Shown here: piece by piece, positions 28,613 to 39,815 of the stretch
Position numbering within the stretch: the first letter of the stretch is position 1
Layout of the letters: each line of letters opens with the position of its first letter
NCBI GenBank assembly: GCA_963806225.1
Contig: CAWDXG010000004.1
Location: 3,232,001 to 3,296,000, forward strand
Length of the DNA stretch: 64,000 bases
Origin: an uncultured delta proteobacterium
GTDB taxonomy: Bacteria; Myxococcota_A; Polyangia; Polyangiales; Polyangiaceae
Direction: 5' to 3'
Made by a program: the position numbers and the translations under genes
Notes under the pieces: generated by a model
What the model was told of the DNA's origin: nothing
Seen by the model: only the letters and a program-made list of their open reading frames with translations
The model's database searches: none

Positions 28613-30900
28613 ATGGCCAAGGACAACAAGTTCGGGACGTTCGGCGGCGTCTTCACGCCGTCGATCCTGACCATCCTCGGCGTCATCATGTACCTGCGCC
28701 TGCCCTGGGTGGTGGGCAACGCGGGTCTGTACGCCGCGCTCGGCATCATCGGCCGTCGCGCACGTCATCTCGGTGTGCACGGGGCTCAGCATCTCGTCGA
28801 TCGCGACGGACAAGAACGTCGGCGCAGGCGGCCCCTACTACATCGTGTCGCGCAGCCTGGGGCTGCCCATCGGCGGCACGCTGGGTCTGGCGCTGTTCCT
28901 GGGGCTCGCCTTCAGCATCAGCCTGTACGTGATCGGCTTCTCCGAGAGCTTCCTCGGAACGCTGCACATCGGCGCTACTCCGGCGGCGATCCGCATCTGC
29001 GGCACCATCACGATCCTGGCGCTGACGATCGTCACGCTCATCAGCACGGCGCTCGCGATCAAGACGCAGTACCTGATCCTGACGCTGATCGGGCTGTCGC
29101 TCCTGTCCGTGTTCCTCGGCCATCCGGCGGCAGCCGCAGCCGCGGCCGCGCCGCACCTGCAGCCCGCCGCGAACGGCGCGTCGGTGGCGGTCGTTTTCGG
29201 CGTGTTCTTCCCGGCGGTCACCGGCTTCACCGCCGGCGTCAACATGTCGGGCGACCTGCAGAATCCCAAGGCGTCGATCCCGAAGGGCACGCTGCTGGCG
29301 ATCGGCGTGGGCCTGGTCGTGTACGTCGGCCTCGCGGTGTTCCTGGCGTACCGCGTCAACCCGAAGCTGCTGCTCGACTGACACCCAGATTCTGCAGAAG
29401 GTCGCGCTCTACGGCCCGCTCGTCGTCGCCGGCATCTGGGGCGCCACGCTGTCGTCCGCGCTCGGCAGCATCCTCGGCGCGCCGCGCATCCTGCAGGCCG
29501 TGTCGGTCGACCGCATCACGCCACGCGTTTTTCGCCCAGGGCCACGGCAAGGCCAACGAGCCGCGCAACGCGCTGCTGCTGGCGTTCGCGATCGGCGAAG
29601 CGGGCATCCTGATCGCCGAGCTCGACGCCATCGCGCGCATCGTGTCGATGGTGTTCCTCGCGACGTACGGCTTCTTGAACCTGAGCTGCGCGATCGAGAG
29701 CTGGGCCAGCCCCGACTTCCGCCCCTCTTTCCGGATCCCGAAGTCCGTCAGCGTGATCGGCGCGGTCACCTGCCTACTGGTGATGATCCAGCTCGACCTG
29801 CTGGCGATGTTCGGCGCCACGCGCGCTGATGGCGGGGCTGTTCGCCTATCTCAAGCGACGGCAGCTCACGCTCGATTCCGGGCGACACCTGGGAGGGGAT
29901 CTGGTCGTCGCTGGTGCGGTCCGGGCTGTACCGGCTGAGCCGCGAGACCAGCCAGCAGCGCAACTGGCGCCCCAACATCCTGATGTTCTCGAGTAGCGAC
30001 GGCGGCTCGCGCACGGCGCTGCGCGGCTTCGCGGCGGCGCTCATCAGCGGCAACGGCATCCTCACCGACTTCGATCTGGTGGGACCGGAGCGGCGGTCCG
30101 CTCCGGAAGCCGGTCAGGAAGAGCCCGCAGCGGAGAAGAACGCGTCGGCATCTTCAACCGGCGTCTGCCGACGGACGACCCCTACGACGCGATCGAGAAC
30201 GTCTGCCGCTACCACGGGTTCGCAGGGCTCGAGCCCAACACCGTGTTCATGGACTGGACCGGTCTCCGGCGGGACGAGGCGCGCTTCAGCGCGCTGCTCG
30301 ACTCGCTGGGCGAGCTCGACTTCAACGTGCTGCTCTTCTCGCGCCGCAGCGACGCAGCCACGCCGGCCAAGCCGCGCATCGACGTCTGGTGGCGGCAGGG
30401 AGCGGGGAATCTGCAGCTCAGCCTGTCGCTGCTCAGGTTCATCACCTCGGGCAGTCCGTGGAACGAGGCCGAGCTGCGCTTCGTGCTGCTCAGCGGGGAC
30501 AGCGCCAACAACGACTACCTCAGGACCACGACGCGCCGCTTCCTGAGGAGCTCGCGCGTGGAGGCGGCTATCCGCGTGGTCAATCCCGGCCCCGACGACG
30601 AAGGGTTCGAGGATCGGGTGCGGGAAGAGTCGATGGACGCCGCACTGACGATCCTGGGACTGCCGGAACAGCGGAGGCTCGGACGGCGGCGAGCAGGCGC
30701 AGATCGCGCGCTTGATGCAGGCGCTGCCGGCAACGCTCCTGATGCGCGCTTCATCGCAGTTCGAGGAGGTACTCTCGCCGAGTCGCCCGGCGGCCATCTC
30801 GTTCTTGCCGCCCATGGAAGCCGACGGCCAGCCCGCCGAGCTGCCGATGCTCGAGCTACCCGACGCGCCGGATCTCGTTGCGTCTGGCGTCATCCATGGC
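28613..30900 (+). pseudogene. Cation-chloride cotransporter (SLC12/CCC-like amino acid permease), multiply frameshifted
   Basis: FGTFGGVFTP..LGVIMYLR, GGPYYIVSRSLG, FFPAVTG..AG.NMSGDL, APRILQA and NWRPNIL motifs occur in changing frames. Confidence 0.8.
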
Positions 30901-33769
30901 CGAACGACTGCAGACGCTCGCAGGCAGCTTCCACGAGCAGTGCCTGGCGCGCGTCTACGCCGAGGACATCAAGCTGGTGCGCCAGGTCAAGAGCGTCATG
31001 GAGCGCCACTTCGGCCTGCTCGAGAAGGGGCTCTCGGGGGCGAACCCGCGCCGCCAGCACAACGTCGTGAACCGGGTGCAGAGCTCTTTCCTGATGGACT
31101 GCCAGGAGCTGCTCGGCGAGTTCGAGAACAAGGTCCTGCCCGACCAGCAGAGCGTGCTCGAGGGCCGCATCGAAGCGTTCCTCGAGGACGAGACGATCAT
31201 CGAGCCTGATCAGCAGGAAGTCGTCGTCCAGCGCAACGCCGCCGACTTCCGCGCCGACAAGGACGATTCGGCCTACATCCGGGGCTTCAAGCGCCGCCGC
31301 CGGCTAGTCGCCTGGCTCAAACGCACGCCCATCACCTACCCGATACCGCGCGCTCTGCTGGGGCGCTGGTATTTCGAGCGTGCCGTCAAGGAGCTCCTGT
31401 CCGAGCGCCTCCGCGGCTACCTGACCGACAGCCACCAACTCGCGGTGCGGCTCGGCAAGCTGCTCAACTCGTCGCGAACCAGCCTGACGTTGATCGGCAA
31501 CCAGGTGGCCGGCGCAGAGGCGCTCGACGAGTTCCTGGCAGAACAGAAGCGCCGCACCCTCGAGCACCTCGAGGAGCTGGTGACGCGCGAGAAGCAGCAC
31601 GTCGCGCGCCACCAGTGGTCCGCGCTGGTAACCGCCAGGACCCTGGCGCAGGCGTTCACGGATGACATCCTGCGGCTGGACGTGCGCCCGCTCGCACAGC
31701 GCGAACGCAAGGTCAAAAAAGACGCCGAGGCCCTGCACGACGAGCTCGGGGAGCTTCCCGAACAGTGGCTCGAAAACCAGAAGCTGCTCGTGCAGCGGGC
31801 GCGCCTGGGGCTGGTGGTCTCTTCCTTCCAGCATCGCTTTGCCACCCTCGCGCAGCGCGAGAAGGAAGCGATGCTGCTGTCGATCAAGAACGGAGCGCTC
31901 AGCGAGTGCGAAGCGGTCGACAAGAAGCTGGTCGCATTCATGGAAGACGTCGCCTCGAATGGCGCCGCCGACGCCAAGCGGCTCAAGCTGCACCTGGACA
32001 CGAGCGTCCGTTTCGACGAAAAGCCCTTCGTCGAAACGCTGCTCCGCGAGACGAACGAGACCATCGCCGAGCTGCCCGAGTCGACGAACACGCTGAGCGA
32101 CGAGTCGGTGCAGGCACTCGAGGAAGGCCGCGTCGACGACGTGGAACAGGTCGAGCTGCCGGTCCGGCGCCTGGTGCAGTTCCTGGTGGAATCCGAATTT
32201 CTCGGCGAGCTCGGCGAGCAGCTCGCTCCCATCCCGCAGGCAGAGCAGCGCGCGCTCGGCGTCGCACAGGACGTGGTGCGGCTCGTCACCTTCCACCAGA
32301 CCGAGTTCGAGTCGCTCGGCGGAGGCGGCGCGGAAGCATTCCGCGAGCACATGACGCCGGTGATCGAGAACGGCCGCGAGCGGCTCGACGCCGAGCTCGC
32401 CAAGCTGCGTGGAATCGGGCCTGCGCTATCGCAGAGGCTCGACGACCAGCTCACCCTCGTGCTCGACCGGACCAATGCCTATGACCTGACGAGCACCTCG
32501 GCGAATCTGGAGCAACATATCCGGCTGCACCAGGGCAGGAAGGCCGTCTCCGGAGCGCGCTGGTGGGTGCGCCGCGCCATCGGCAGCGTCAAGGAAGGCA
32601 TGGTCGCGCTGCTCTACCGCCGCAGCGCAGGCGTGGTCTACGCGCGCACAATCAAGGGCAGCGCCTCCACGCGGAGCGCCGTGGTCGACCGCGTGCTGTC
32701 GTTCGTGACCGAGAACACGCCCAAGCCCGACGTGGTCGACGCACTGCCGTTCTACTACCGGCAGCTGTTCTTCGGACAGTCCGGCATCAACGAAGCTTTC
32801 TGGGTCGGACGCCGGGCAGAGCTCGCTCGCGCGCGTCGCGCGGTGGACGCTTTCCGGCGCGGCAAGCGCGGCGCGCTGGTCGTCACCGGCGAGCGTGGCT
32901 CGGGAAAGACCGCGCTCTGCCAGCGCATTACCAGCGATCTCGGCGACCGCTTCAACGTGTACCGTGTGCACGCTCCGGCGGGAGGCTCGGCGGATCCGGC
33001 AGCGTTCCAGCATTCGCTGCAGGAAGCCACGGGACTGGACGGCAGCTACGAGGAACTGTTCAGGGAGCTCCCGGAGCCGTCAGCCATCGTGATCGACGAC
33101 CTCGAGCTGTGGTGGGAAAGGACCGAGAACGGGCTGGCCGTAGTCGACCTGATCCTCGAGCTGATCGCGGCCCATGGGCACCGCTGCCTCTTCATCCTCA
33201 CCGCCAGCACCCAGAGCTACGCATTCATCAGCCGCCTCAGGCCGCTTCCGGACAGCGCCCTGGCTGTGCTCGAGTGTGGACCGCTCTCTGCCGAAGCGCT
33301 GAAGTCCATCATAACGCTGAGGCACGCGTCGACAGGCATGAAGTTCGATCTCGGTTCGAAGAGCGAGGGTCAGCTCACCGAGTGGGGCCGCGCCCGGCTG
33401 TTTACACGGCACTTCGACTACTCGGGCGGCGTCGTCGGCGCCGCGCTCCGTTCGTGGATCACCCACGTGGAACGTGTGGGAGAGGAATCCCTCGGCATCC
33501 GCATTCCGACGCCGCCCGACGGCTCCGTTCTGGACGACCTGAAGCCGGAGTGGGTGGCCCTGCTGCTGCAGCTGATGCTGCACAAGCAGCTGACGGTCTC
33601 GCGGCTTGCCCGGATTTCGGGCCTTCCGGCGGACGTCCTCGCAAGCGAGCTCGACACGCTGGTTCGCATGGGACTCGTCCTCGAGAGCGGGCAGCGCATC
33701 GTGGAGACGAATCGCTTCGTGCAGCACATCATCGCCGATCGGTTCAGGAAGCGGGGGCTCGGCCTATGA
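30878..33769 (+). CDS. Large helical protein with C-terminal P-loop ATPase (probably the C-terminus of the CCC fusion)
   Basis: 963-aa ORF with Walker A GERGSGKT, Walker B IVIDDLE and a winged-helix-like end. Confidence 0.8.
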   Translation: MRLASSMAERLQTLAGSFHEQCLARVYAEDIKLVRQVKSVMERHFGLLEKGLSGANPRRQHNVVNRVQSSFLMDCQELLGEFENKVLPDQQSVLEGRIEAFLEDETIIEPDQQEVVVQRNAADFRADKDDSAYIRGFKRRRRLVAWLKRTPITYPIPRALLGRWYFERAVKELLSERLRGYLTDSHQLAVRLGKLLNSSRTSLTLIGNQVAGAEALDEFLAEQKRRTLEHLEELVTREKQHVARHQWSALVTARTLAQAFTDDILRLDVRPLAQRERKVKKDAEALHDELGELPEQWLENQKLLVQRARLGLVVSSFQHRFATLAQREKEAMLLSIKNGALSECEAVDKKLVAFMEDVASNGAADAKRLKLHLDTSVRFDEKPFVETLLRETNETIAELPESTNTLSDESVQALEEGRVDDVEQVELPVRRLVQFLVESEFLGELGEQLAPIPQAEQRALGVAQDVVRLVTFHQTEFESLGGGGAEAFREHMTPVIENGRERLDAELAKLRGIGPALSQRLDDQLTLVLDRTNAYDLTSTSANLEQHIRLHQGRKAVSGARWWVRRAIGSVKEGMVALLYRRSAGVVYARTIKGSASTRSAVVDRVLSFVTENTPKPDVVDALPFYYRQLFFGQSGINEAFWVGRRAELARARRAVDAFRRGKRGALVVTGERGSGKTALCQRITSDLGDRFNVYRVHAPAGGSADPAAFQHSLQEATGLDGSYEELFRELPEPSAIVIDDLELWWERTENGLAVVDLILELIAAHGHRCLFILTASTQSYAFISRLRPLPDSALAVLECGPLSAEALKSIITLRHASTGMKFDLGSKSEGQLTEWGRARLFTRHFDYSGGVVGAALRSWITHVERVGEESLGIRIPTPPDGSVLDDLKPEWVALLLQLMLHKQLTVSRLARISGLPADVLASELDTLVRMGLVLESGQRIVETNRFVQHIIADRFRKRGLGL

Positions 33770-34503
33770 TCCGTGCGCTTTCGGCTGCGCTGGGCTTCCC
33801 GCTGCTGCTGCTGGTCGGCCTACTGCTGCTGGTCGGGCTTCTATGGGTGCTCGGCATCGCCCTGGACTACGTCCCGGTGGGTCCCGACCGGCGGGAGACG
33901 CTGGCGCGCGCCCGCCCGCTCGCCGGGACGCTGATCGTCCTGCTCTATCTCTTGTTCGCGGTAGGCGTCGTGTTCAAGGCGCAGCCCAGCCAACTACCGG
34001 CAGCACTTGCCTTCGTCGTTGTCGGCTTCGTCGTCGCATCGTGGACGGTTGTGCGCGACGTGGTGAGCGGCGTGTTCCTCAAAGCCGGGCGCGTGTGCCG
34101 CGTGGGCGACCACGTGCGCATCGGCAACGTGGAAGGCCGCGTGGAGCGCATGGGGCTCTCGGTGCTCGTCATCGAGACGCGCGAGGGCGACGAAGCCGTG
34201 CTCCCCTATAGCAGTATCGCCCGCCAGTCGATCCTGCGAACACCGGTCATCGACAACGTCGCGCCGCACGTCTTCTGCGTCGAGGCCCCCGCCGGGCTTC
34301 CGCTCCCCGAGCTCAAGGCGCTGATACGACTGCACGCCCTGAACTCGCACTGGTCCTCGATCGCGCGCCAGCCGGACGTGGAAGCCACCTCCGGGGGCGC
34401 ATTCGAGGTCACGGTGTTCGCGCTCGACGCCGACCATGCCGCCGACGTGGAAGCGACGGTCCGGCGCGCACTGGAGCAGCGCGGGGGCGCAGTTGTTGCG
34501 TGA
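33766..34503 (+). CDS. MscS-family mechanosensitive channel
   Basis: Three TM segments, RDVVSGVFL and VGDHVRIGNVEGRVE. ATGA overlap with the upstream gene. Confidence 0.85.
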   Translation: MIRALSAALGFPLLLLVGLLLLVGLLWVLGIALDYVPVGPDRRETLARARPLAGTLIVLLYLLFAVGVVFKAQPSQLPAALAFVVVGFVVASWTVVRDVVSGVFLKAGRVCRVGDHVRIGNVEGRVERMGLSVLVIETREGDEAVLPYSSIARQSILRTPVIDNVAPHVFCVEAPAGLPLPELKALIRLHALNSHWSSIARQPDVEATSGGAFEVTVFALDADHAADVEATVRRALEQRGGAVVA

Positions 34504-34615
34504 AGGAGCCGCCTCACCGCACTGACTTCGCGCTTGCACGTCCAATAGCGCGGCCATTATGGCACAATGTCTGCAGGCGGTTCGTTTACCGGACCTCTGC
34601 GAAGGAGCCTCCAAC

Positions 34616-35083
34616 ATGGCCGTGATCGGCACGCTGATGAAGACGGGGATGGTCACCGCTCATCCCGAAGAGACCGTCGCCAACGTTGCAGTGCGCATGC
34701 GCGACAACGAGGTGGGCGCGGTGCTCGTCGTGCACCTGGGCGTCTTGAGAGGCCTCTTCACCGAGCGCGACCTGCTCACCCGTGTGGTCGCCGCGGGACT
34801 GGACCCGGCCCGGACGCCGGTCGGAGAGGTGGCCACCCGCGACCCGATCACGGTCGAACGCGACACGCACCTGCGCCGCTGTGTGGAGATCCTGAACGAC
34901 CGCCACATCCGGCATCTGCCGGTGCTCGAAGGCGACAGCCCGGTCGGCATCCTCGGGGCGCGCGACCTGCTGGGCGTCGTCGTCGAAGGGCTCGAGCGCC
35001 TCGTCGATGACCAGCGCTACCGGAACAAGCTCGCCGAGGGCGTCGACCCGTACGACCACATCGGCGGCTCGTACGGGGAGTGA
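34616..35083 (+). CDS. CBS domain protein
   Basis: GLFTERDLL and IRHLPV..GIL..RDLL. AGGAG RBS. Confidence 0.9.
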   Translation: MAVIGTLMKTGMVTAHPEETVANVAVRMRDNEVGAVLVVHLGVLRGLFTERDLLTRVVAAGLDPARTPVGEVATRDPITVERDTHLRRCVEILNDRHIRHLPVLEGDSPVGILGARDLLGVVVEGLERLVDDQRYRNKLAEGVDPYDHIGGSYGE

Positions 35084-35084
35084 G

Positions 35085-35738
35085 TCAGGGCCCGCCGTAC
35101 ACCGCGACGCGGAAGGACGCGAGCACGCTGTCCATGTGCAGCGACTGGCTGAACAGGCGCTGGTACTCGAGGCCGGGGCCGAAGGCGAAGTGACCGGCAC
35201 GCAGCCCTTCCCAGAAGGCGCCGGCACCGACGAGCGACATCGAGCCGCCGTCGGCGCGCGTGTCGCTCCCTTCGGAAAGCCCCATGCCGCCGATACCGAA
35301 GTTGCCGTCGAAGCCGAGGTCGCGCCAGGGCCCACCCTGGTAGAACAGCGGATAGGCTTCGATGCGGAAGAGCGCGCCGCCGCCGCTGCCCTTGAGCCCG
35401 CCGCCGTTGAGTCGGAGGAAGCTCGCCCCAACCCCTAGCGCAAGCCAGTCCCGGAGCGCGCCGCCCAGCCAGATCATCGTGCCCGTGCCGACCGCGGCAC
35501 CCGTTGCGGCGCGGTAGTCCGGGTTGTTCAGCTTGCCGATCTCGTTCGGGTAGCCGACGGCGTCGCCGGCGAGCAGCCCCAGCGTCACGCCGGCAGTGAA
35601 GTCGCTACGGCGCGTGTTGTGCTGCACGTAGTCGCCGCTCCAGTCGTTGGTGTCGGCGGTGGCGTCCTCGGCGCGAGCGACGCCCGACAGAACGAGAAAA
35701 GCCAGACCCGCGGCCACGGCAGCAAACAAGCGCTTCAT
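35085..35738 (-). CDS. Secreted/outer-membrane beta-barrel-like protein
   Basis: Signal peptide ending ARA and alternating Gly-rich strands. Confidence 0.65.
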   Translation of the reverse strand: MKRLFAAVAAGLAFLVLSGVARAEDATADTNDWSGDYVQHNTRRSDFTAGVTLGLLAGDAVGYPNEIGKLNNPDYRAATGAAVGTGTMIWLGGALRDWLALGVGASFLRLNGGGLKGSGGGALFRIEAYPLFYQGGPWRDLGFDGNFGIGGMGLSEGSDTRADGGSMSLVGAGAFWEGLRAGHFAFGPGLEYQRLFSQSLHMDSVLASFRVAVYGGP

Positions 35739-35835
35739 GCCTCGGGTGGATCTGGTCGAGATGGCGCAGGGGGTCAAGAGCCGGGGCGGCCAGCCCATGA
35801 GCGCGTCGGCAGGATCCGCGTTAGACTCGGCAACA

Positions 35836-38202
35836 ATGAGGGTCGCGCTCGTCTTTCCGCCCCTGCGCGTCTCCCGCGATTTCATCGACTATCCGTATTT
35901 CGCGGATCTGGGAGCCGTGCAGGCCGCCGGCCTGCTCAGGGCGCTGGGGCACGAGGTGTCGCTGGTCGACGCGCTGGCCCGACCCGGGGCGGAGCTCGCC
36001 CCAGAGGGCGACGACTACGTTCGGCTCGGTGTCCCCGTGGCAGAAGCGCTCGCCGCCGTCGACGAAGCGGACGTGGCCATTGTCGCGTACACGCCCTTCC
36101 ACCGCCCGCCCGAGCGCGACCCGCTGCTCGGCGAGCTGCTCGCTGGACTGCGCGCGGCGCACCCGGAGCTGCCCATCCTGCTCGCCGATCTGTACCAGAG
36201 CGGGCAGCACGTCGTGGATGCGCCGTCGGCGGAGATCTGCGCGGCCTATCCCGAGCTCGACGTGCTGATCCGCTACGAAGCGGAAGACGAGCTGCCCGCC
36301 CTCGTCGAGCGGCTCGGCAACGCGGGGCGCCCCGCGTCGCAGGAAGTCGTCGTCGGCGGCGAGACGGCCGATCTCGACGCGCTGCCACTGCCGGCGTGGG
36401 ATCTCGTCGACCTCGACGCCTACTGGGCCTTCCACGACAGCGTGGTCGCCGGTCTCGGCCGCTCGAACTGGGCTTTCCCCATCGAAGGGCGCGCGCTGCC
36501 GATGCTCACCACGCGCGGCTGCCCCTTCCGCTGCGCCCACTGCTCGAGCAACGCGGGCCTGCCCGAAGGCGCCCCCAAGAAGCAGCGTCGCTACTCGGCC
36601 GACTACCTCGCCCGACACCTCGACCTGCTCGTCACGCTCGGCGCCAGGCGCGTGCACCTGCTGGACGAGCTCGCCAACGTCAACGAGCGTCACTTCGACC
36701 GGCTGCTCGAGCTGCTCGCCGAGCGCAGGCTCTCCTTCGAGATCCCGAACGGCGTGCGCGCCGACTACGTGCTGGAAAATCACCTGGCCGCCATGCGCGG
36801 AAAACTGACCACGCTCAGCATTTCCGCGGAGAGCGGCGTGCAGCGCGTGGTCGACGAGGTCGTCGGCAAGGATCTCGACCTCTCCGCCATCGTCCGCACG
36901 GCCGAGCGCGCGCAGCAGGCGGGCGTGCCGCTTCTGGTGCACTTCATCATCGGCATGCCCGGCGAAACGAAGGACGAGATCAACGGCACGCTCGCCTTCG
37001 CGCTGGATCTCTACGAGCGTTTCGGAGCCTGGCCCAGCGTGCAGTTCGCCACTCCGCTGCCCGGCACGCGGCTCTCGGAGAAAGCGGCGAGCAGCGGCTG
37101 CGTGCTGCCCGTCGTGCACGACTGGGGCCCGCACTTCCAGCAGGCGCCCTCGATCGCCACGCCCGACTTCACGCTGGAGGAGCTCGAACAGTTCAAGCAG
37201 ACCTTCGACCTGCGCCTTTCCGCCTCGCAGGGCCCGAAGAAGGTCATCATGAACGTCACCTACAAGTGCAACAACCGCTGCACCTTCTGCGCCGTCGGCA
37301 CGCGCACCCAGTTCGACGGCGACTACGACAAGCAGCGCGAGCTGCTCGTCAAATACCGGAAGCGCGGCGTCGATCTCCTCGACTACGACGGCGGCGAGCC
37401 GACGCTGAACCCGAACCTGTTCAACCTGATCCGCTTCGCGCGCCGCATCGGCTACACCAAGGTGAACGTCACCACCAACGGCCGCATGGCCATGTACGAG
37501 GAGTACGCCGAAAGGCTCGTCCACTCGGGCCTCACGACGCTGCTCTTCAGCATCCACGGCGCCAGCCGCTACATCCACGCGGCGAACGTCGGCGTTCCCG
37601 AGGCCTTCGATCAAACACTGAGCGGAGTCGAGAACTGCCGGCGCCTCGCGCCGGAGGGCGTCGAGCTCGGCGCCAACATCACGCTCACCCGGAGCAACTA
37701 CAAGTCGCTCGGCGACGTGGCCAAGCTCGTGCACGAGCTCGGGCTCGGCTGGATGAACATCCAGTTTCTCACGCCCTTCGGCCGCGCCACCAACACGGTC
37801 AATCCCGACACGCAGGCCGCCGCCGACGTGACCATGCGCGTCATCGACGAGTACAAGGACCGCATCCGCTTCTGCGTGATCAACCTGCCGTGGTGCTACA
37901 TGCCGGGCTACGAGGACTTCCTCATGGGAGATCTGCTCAAGCTCGAGCGGCACATGCTGTTCGTGAACAACGAGGAAGTGAACCTCTTCGAGTACCTGCG
38001 CGAGCAGCGCGAGTACCGCGACGTGTGCACCGGCTGCACACGCCGCATCTTCTGCGGCGGCTTCTACCGCATGGACGACGTGCCCGAGCCCGAGTGGCTG
38101 ATCGAGCCCAGCGACCTCGTCCGTCCCATCGAGGACGAAGGCCTGACCGCGCATCCGCGTCCCGTGGCTCCGCGCGGCGTGCAGCTCGACAGCGCCAAAT
38201 AG
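35836..38202 (+). CDS. Fusion of B12-binding radical SAM and a second HxsC-like radical SAM domain
   Basis: TTRGCPFRCAHC (class B) and YKCNNRCTFC + DGGEPT + CTGCTRRIFC. Confidence 0.9.
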   Translation: MRVALVFPPLRVSRDFIDYPYFADLGAVQAAGLLRALGHEVSLVDALARPGAELAPEGDDYVRLGVPVAEALAAVDEADVAIVAYTPFHRPPERDPLLGELLAGLRAAHPELPILLADLYQSGQHVVDAPSAEICAAYPELDVLIRYEAEDELPALVERLGNAGRPASQEVVVGGETADLDALPLPAWDLVDLDAYWAFHDSVVAGLGRSNWAFPIEGRALPMLTTRGCPFRCAHCSSNAGLPEGAPKKQRRYSADYLARHLDLLVTLGARRVHLLDELANVNERHFDRLLELLAERRLSFEIPNGVRADYVLENHLAAMRGKLTTLSISAESGVQRVVDEVVGKDLDLSAIVRTAERAQQAGVPLLVHFIIGMPGETKDEINGTLAFALDLYERFGAWPSVQFATPLPGTRLSEKAASSGCVLPVVHDWGPHFQQAPSIATPDFTLEELEQFKQTFDLRLSASQGPKKVIMNVTYKCNNRCTFCAVGTRTQFDGDYDKQRELLVKYRKRGVDLLDYDGGEPTLNPNLFNLIRFARRIGYTKVNVTTNGRMAMYEEYAERLVHSGLTTLLFSIHGASRYIHAANVGVPEAFDQTLSGVENCRRLAPEGVELGANITLTRSNYKSLGDVAKLVHELGLGWMNIQFLTPFGRATNTVNPDTQAAADVTMRVIDEYKDRIRFCVINLPWCYMPGYEDFLMGDLLKLERHMLFVNNEEVNLFEYLREQREYRDVCTGCTRRIFCGGFYRMDDVPEPEWLIEPSDLVRPIEDEGLTAHPRPVAPRGVQLDSAK

Positions 38203-38230
38203 CCGTCGCCGAGGGCTGCTCCCGCGTCGC

Positions 38231-38259
38231 AGCACGGACGTGTGCCGCCCGTCCGTGCT
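38231..38259 (+). terminator. 10-bp stem hairpin downstream of the rSAM fusion
   Basis: AGCACGGACG-N9-CGTCCGTGCT. No U-tract. Confidence 0.4.
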
Positions 38260-38272
38260 CGCTGGCGCTGCG

Positions 38273-39696
38273 AGATGTGATGGGGTGGCAAGCAACCGGA
38301 TGATGTGAATCTGCGGTCTCTGGCGGTTGATCGCCGCGGTTCGCAGGGTTCTGGCAACCGGTTTTGCGGGCGTGTGGGTAGTGGCTGTCTCCCCGTTACC
38401 GAGGTCACCGATAATCGGGCCACACACACACACGCGCTCTAGCGGCGCAAAACGAGGAGACAGCCATGCAACATGTTGCAATCGATCTCGGCGGAAGGGA
38501 ATCCCAGGTCTGCATTCGCGGTCAGGACGGGCAGATCCTGCTGGAGCGCAAGCTGGCGACCAGAAGCTTGAAGGGCTTTCTCGAGCAGCAGTCGCCGAGT
38601 CGGGTGGTGCTCGAGACCTGCGCGGAGGCGTTCGCGGTCGCCGATCTGGCGGTGGAGTGCCAGCACGAGGTGCGGGTCGTACCGGCTACCCTGGTGCGCA
38701 GCCTCGGCGTTGGCGCGCGCGGCATCAAGACCGACCGTCGCGACGCGCAGGTGCTGAGCGAGGTCTCCTGTCGCATCGACCTGCCATCCTGCGCGTGTGG
38801 ATGGGCACGGACGCAGCTGTTGAAGTTCCGCTCGGGAGAGCCCACGACCCTGCCATCGCGGGTGCGGAAGGCCGCCGAGCAGCATCCCGACGGGCTTCCC
38901 GACTACATCGAGCGCGTGCTCGTGGTCGTGGAGTCGCTCAACGTGCAGATCGCCCTGGCCGACAAGGAACTCGAGCAACTCGCGAAGCAGGACCCGGTGT
39001 GCAAGCGCCTGATGACGGTGTCTGGAATCGGCCCGTCACGAGCCTACGCTTCGTGGCGGCGCTGGACGACATGTCGCGCTTTTTGACAGCGCACGCGGTC
39101 CAGGCCTTCCTCTGTCTGACGCCGGGCGAGCATTCGAGCTCGCAGCGACAGCAGCGGACCGGTATCACCAAGGCCGGACCGCCTGCCGTGCGAAGGACGC
39201 TGGTGCAGGCTGCATCGAACCTGCGGCGTCTGAAGCCACTCGACCCCATCAGCCAGTGGGCTGCCGGGATCGAGCAGCCACGCGGAAAGTTCGTTGCAAC
39301 CATCGCCGTCGCGCGCAAGCTCGCCGGCGTGCTGTTCGCCATCTGGCGCGACGGCTCCACGTACCAGGCCCACCACGGCCGCGCGCAGTCGACTGCATAG
39401 CTCCTGCTCGCGCATCGAAAGACTCTTCCGGCCTATGGCCGGCCAGAGAAGCCACACAACGGCTGTCCAGAAGCGGTGAACGCGTCGCCCGCGCTCCGGG
39501 CGCCCGGTGCCAGCCGGCTCCGACCCCGTCTGCGCGATTGCGTCCTGCCTACGGACAACCACCTATGCGCCACGAACGCGGATACTCGATCGAGACAGCC
39601 CGTTGCCCGGCTTCCAGGTCGCCAGCCACTACAAGCAAAAAACAAGATGTGGGGCGACGGACACGTGCGCCCTTGACTGCGAGGCCACCCCATACT
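38273..39696 (+). mobile_element. IS110-family element, IS1111 type (ends approximate)
   Basis: Sub-terminal inverted repeats ATGGGGTGGC (38280-38289) and GCCACCCCAT (39684-39693). TTGACT lies just inside the right end. Long 3' non-coding region. Confidence 0.8.
38466..39400 (+). pseudogene. IS110 transposase, frameshifted with apparent internal deletion
   Basis: VAIDLG, VVLET, KTDRRDA and GIGP, then a frame switch near 39040 to LTPGEHSS..ITKAG..VAVARKLA. Confidence 0.88.
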
Positions 39697-39815
39697 CGCG
39701 GGCGGGGTCCCTCACGCTGCGTGCTCGGGCGGCCGGCGCTCCGCGACGCTTCACGTCGAGCCGCCCTGCGCGCACCGAGGGTGCCCTCCACGGTGTACCC
39801 CGGCGCGCCGCCCGC

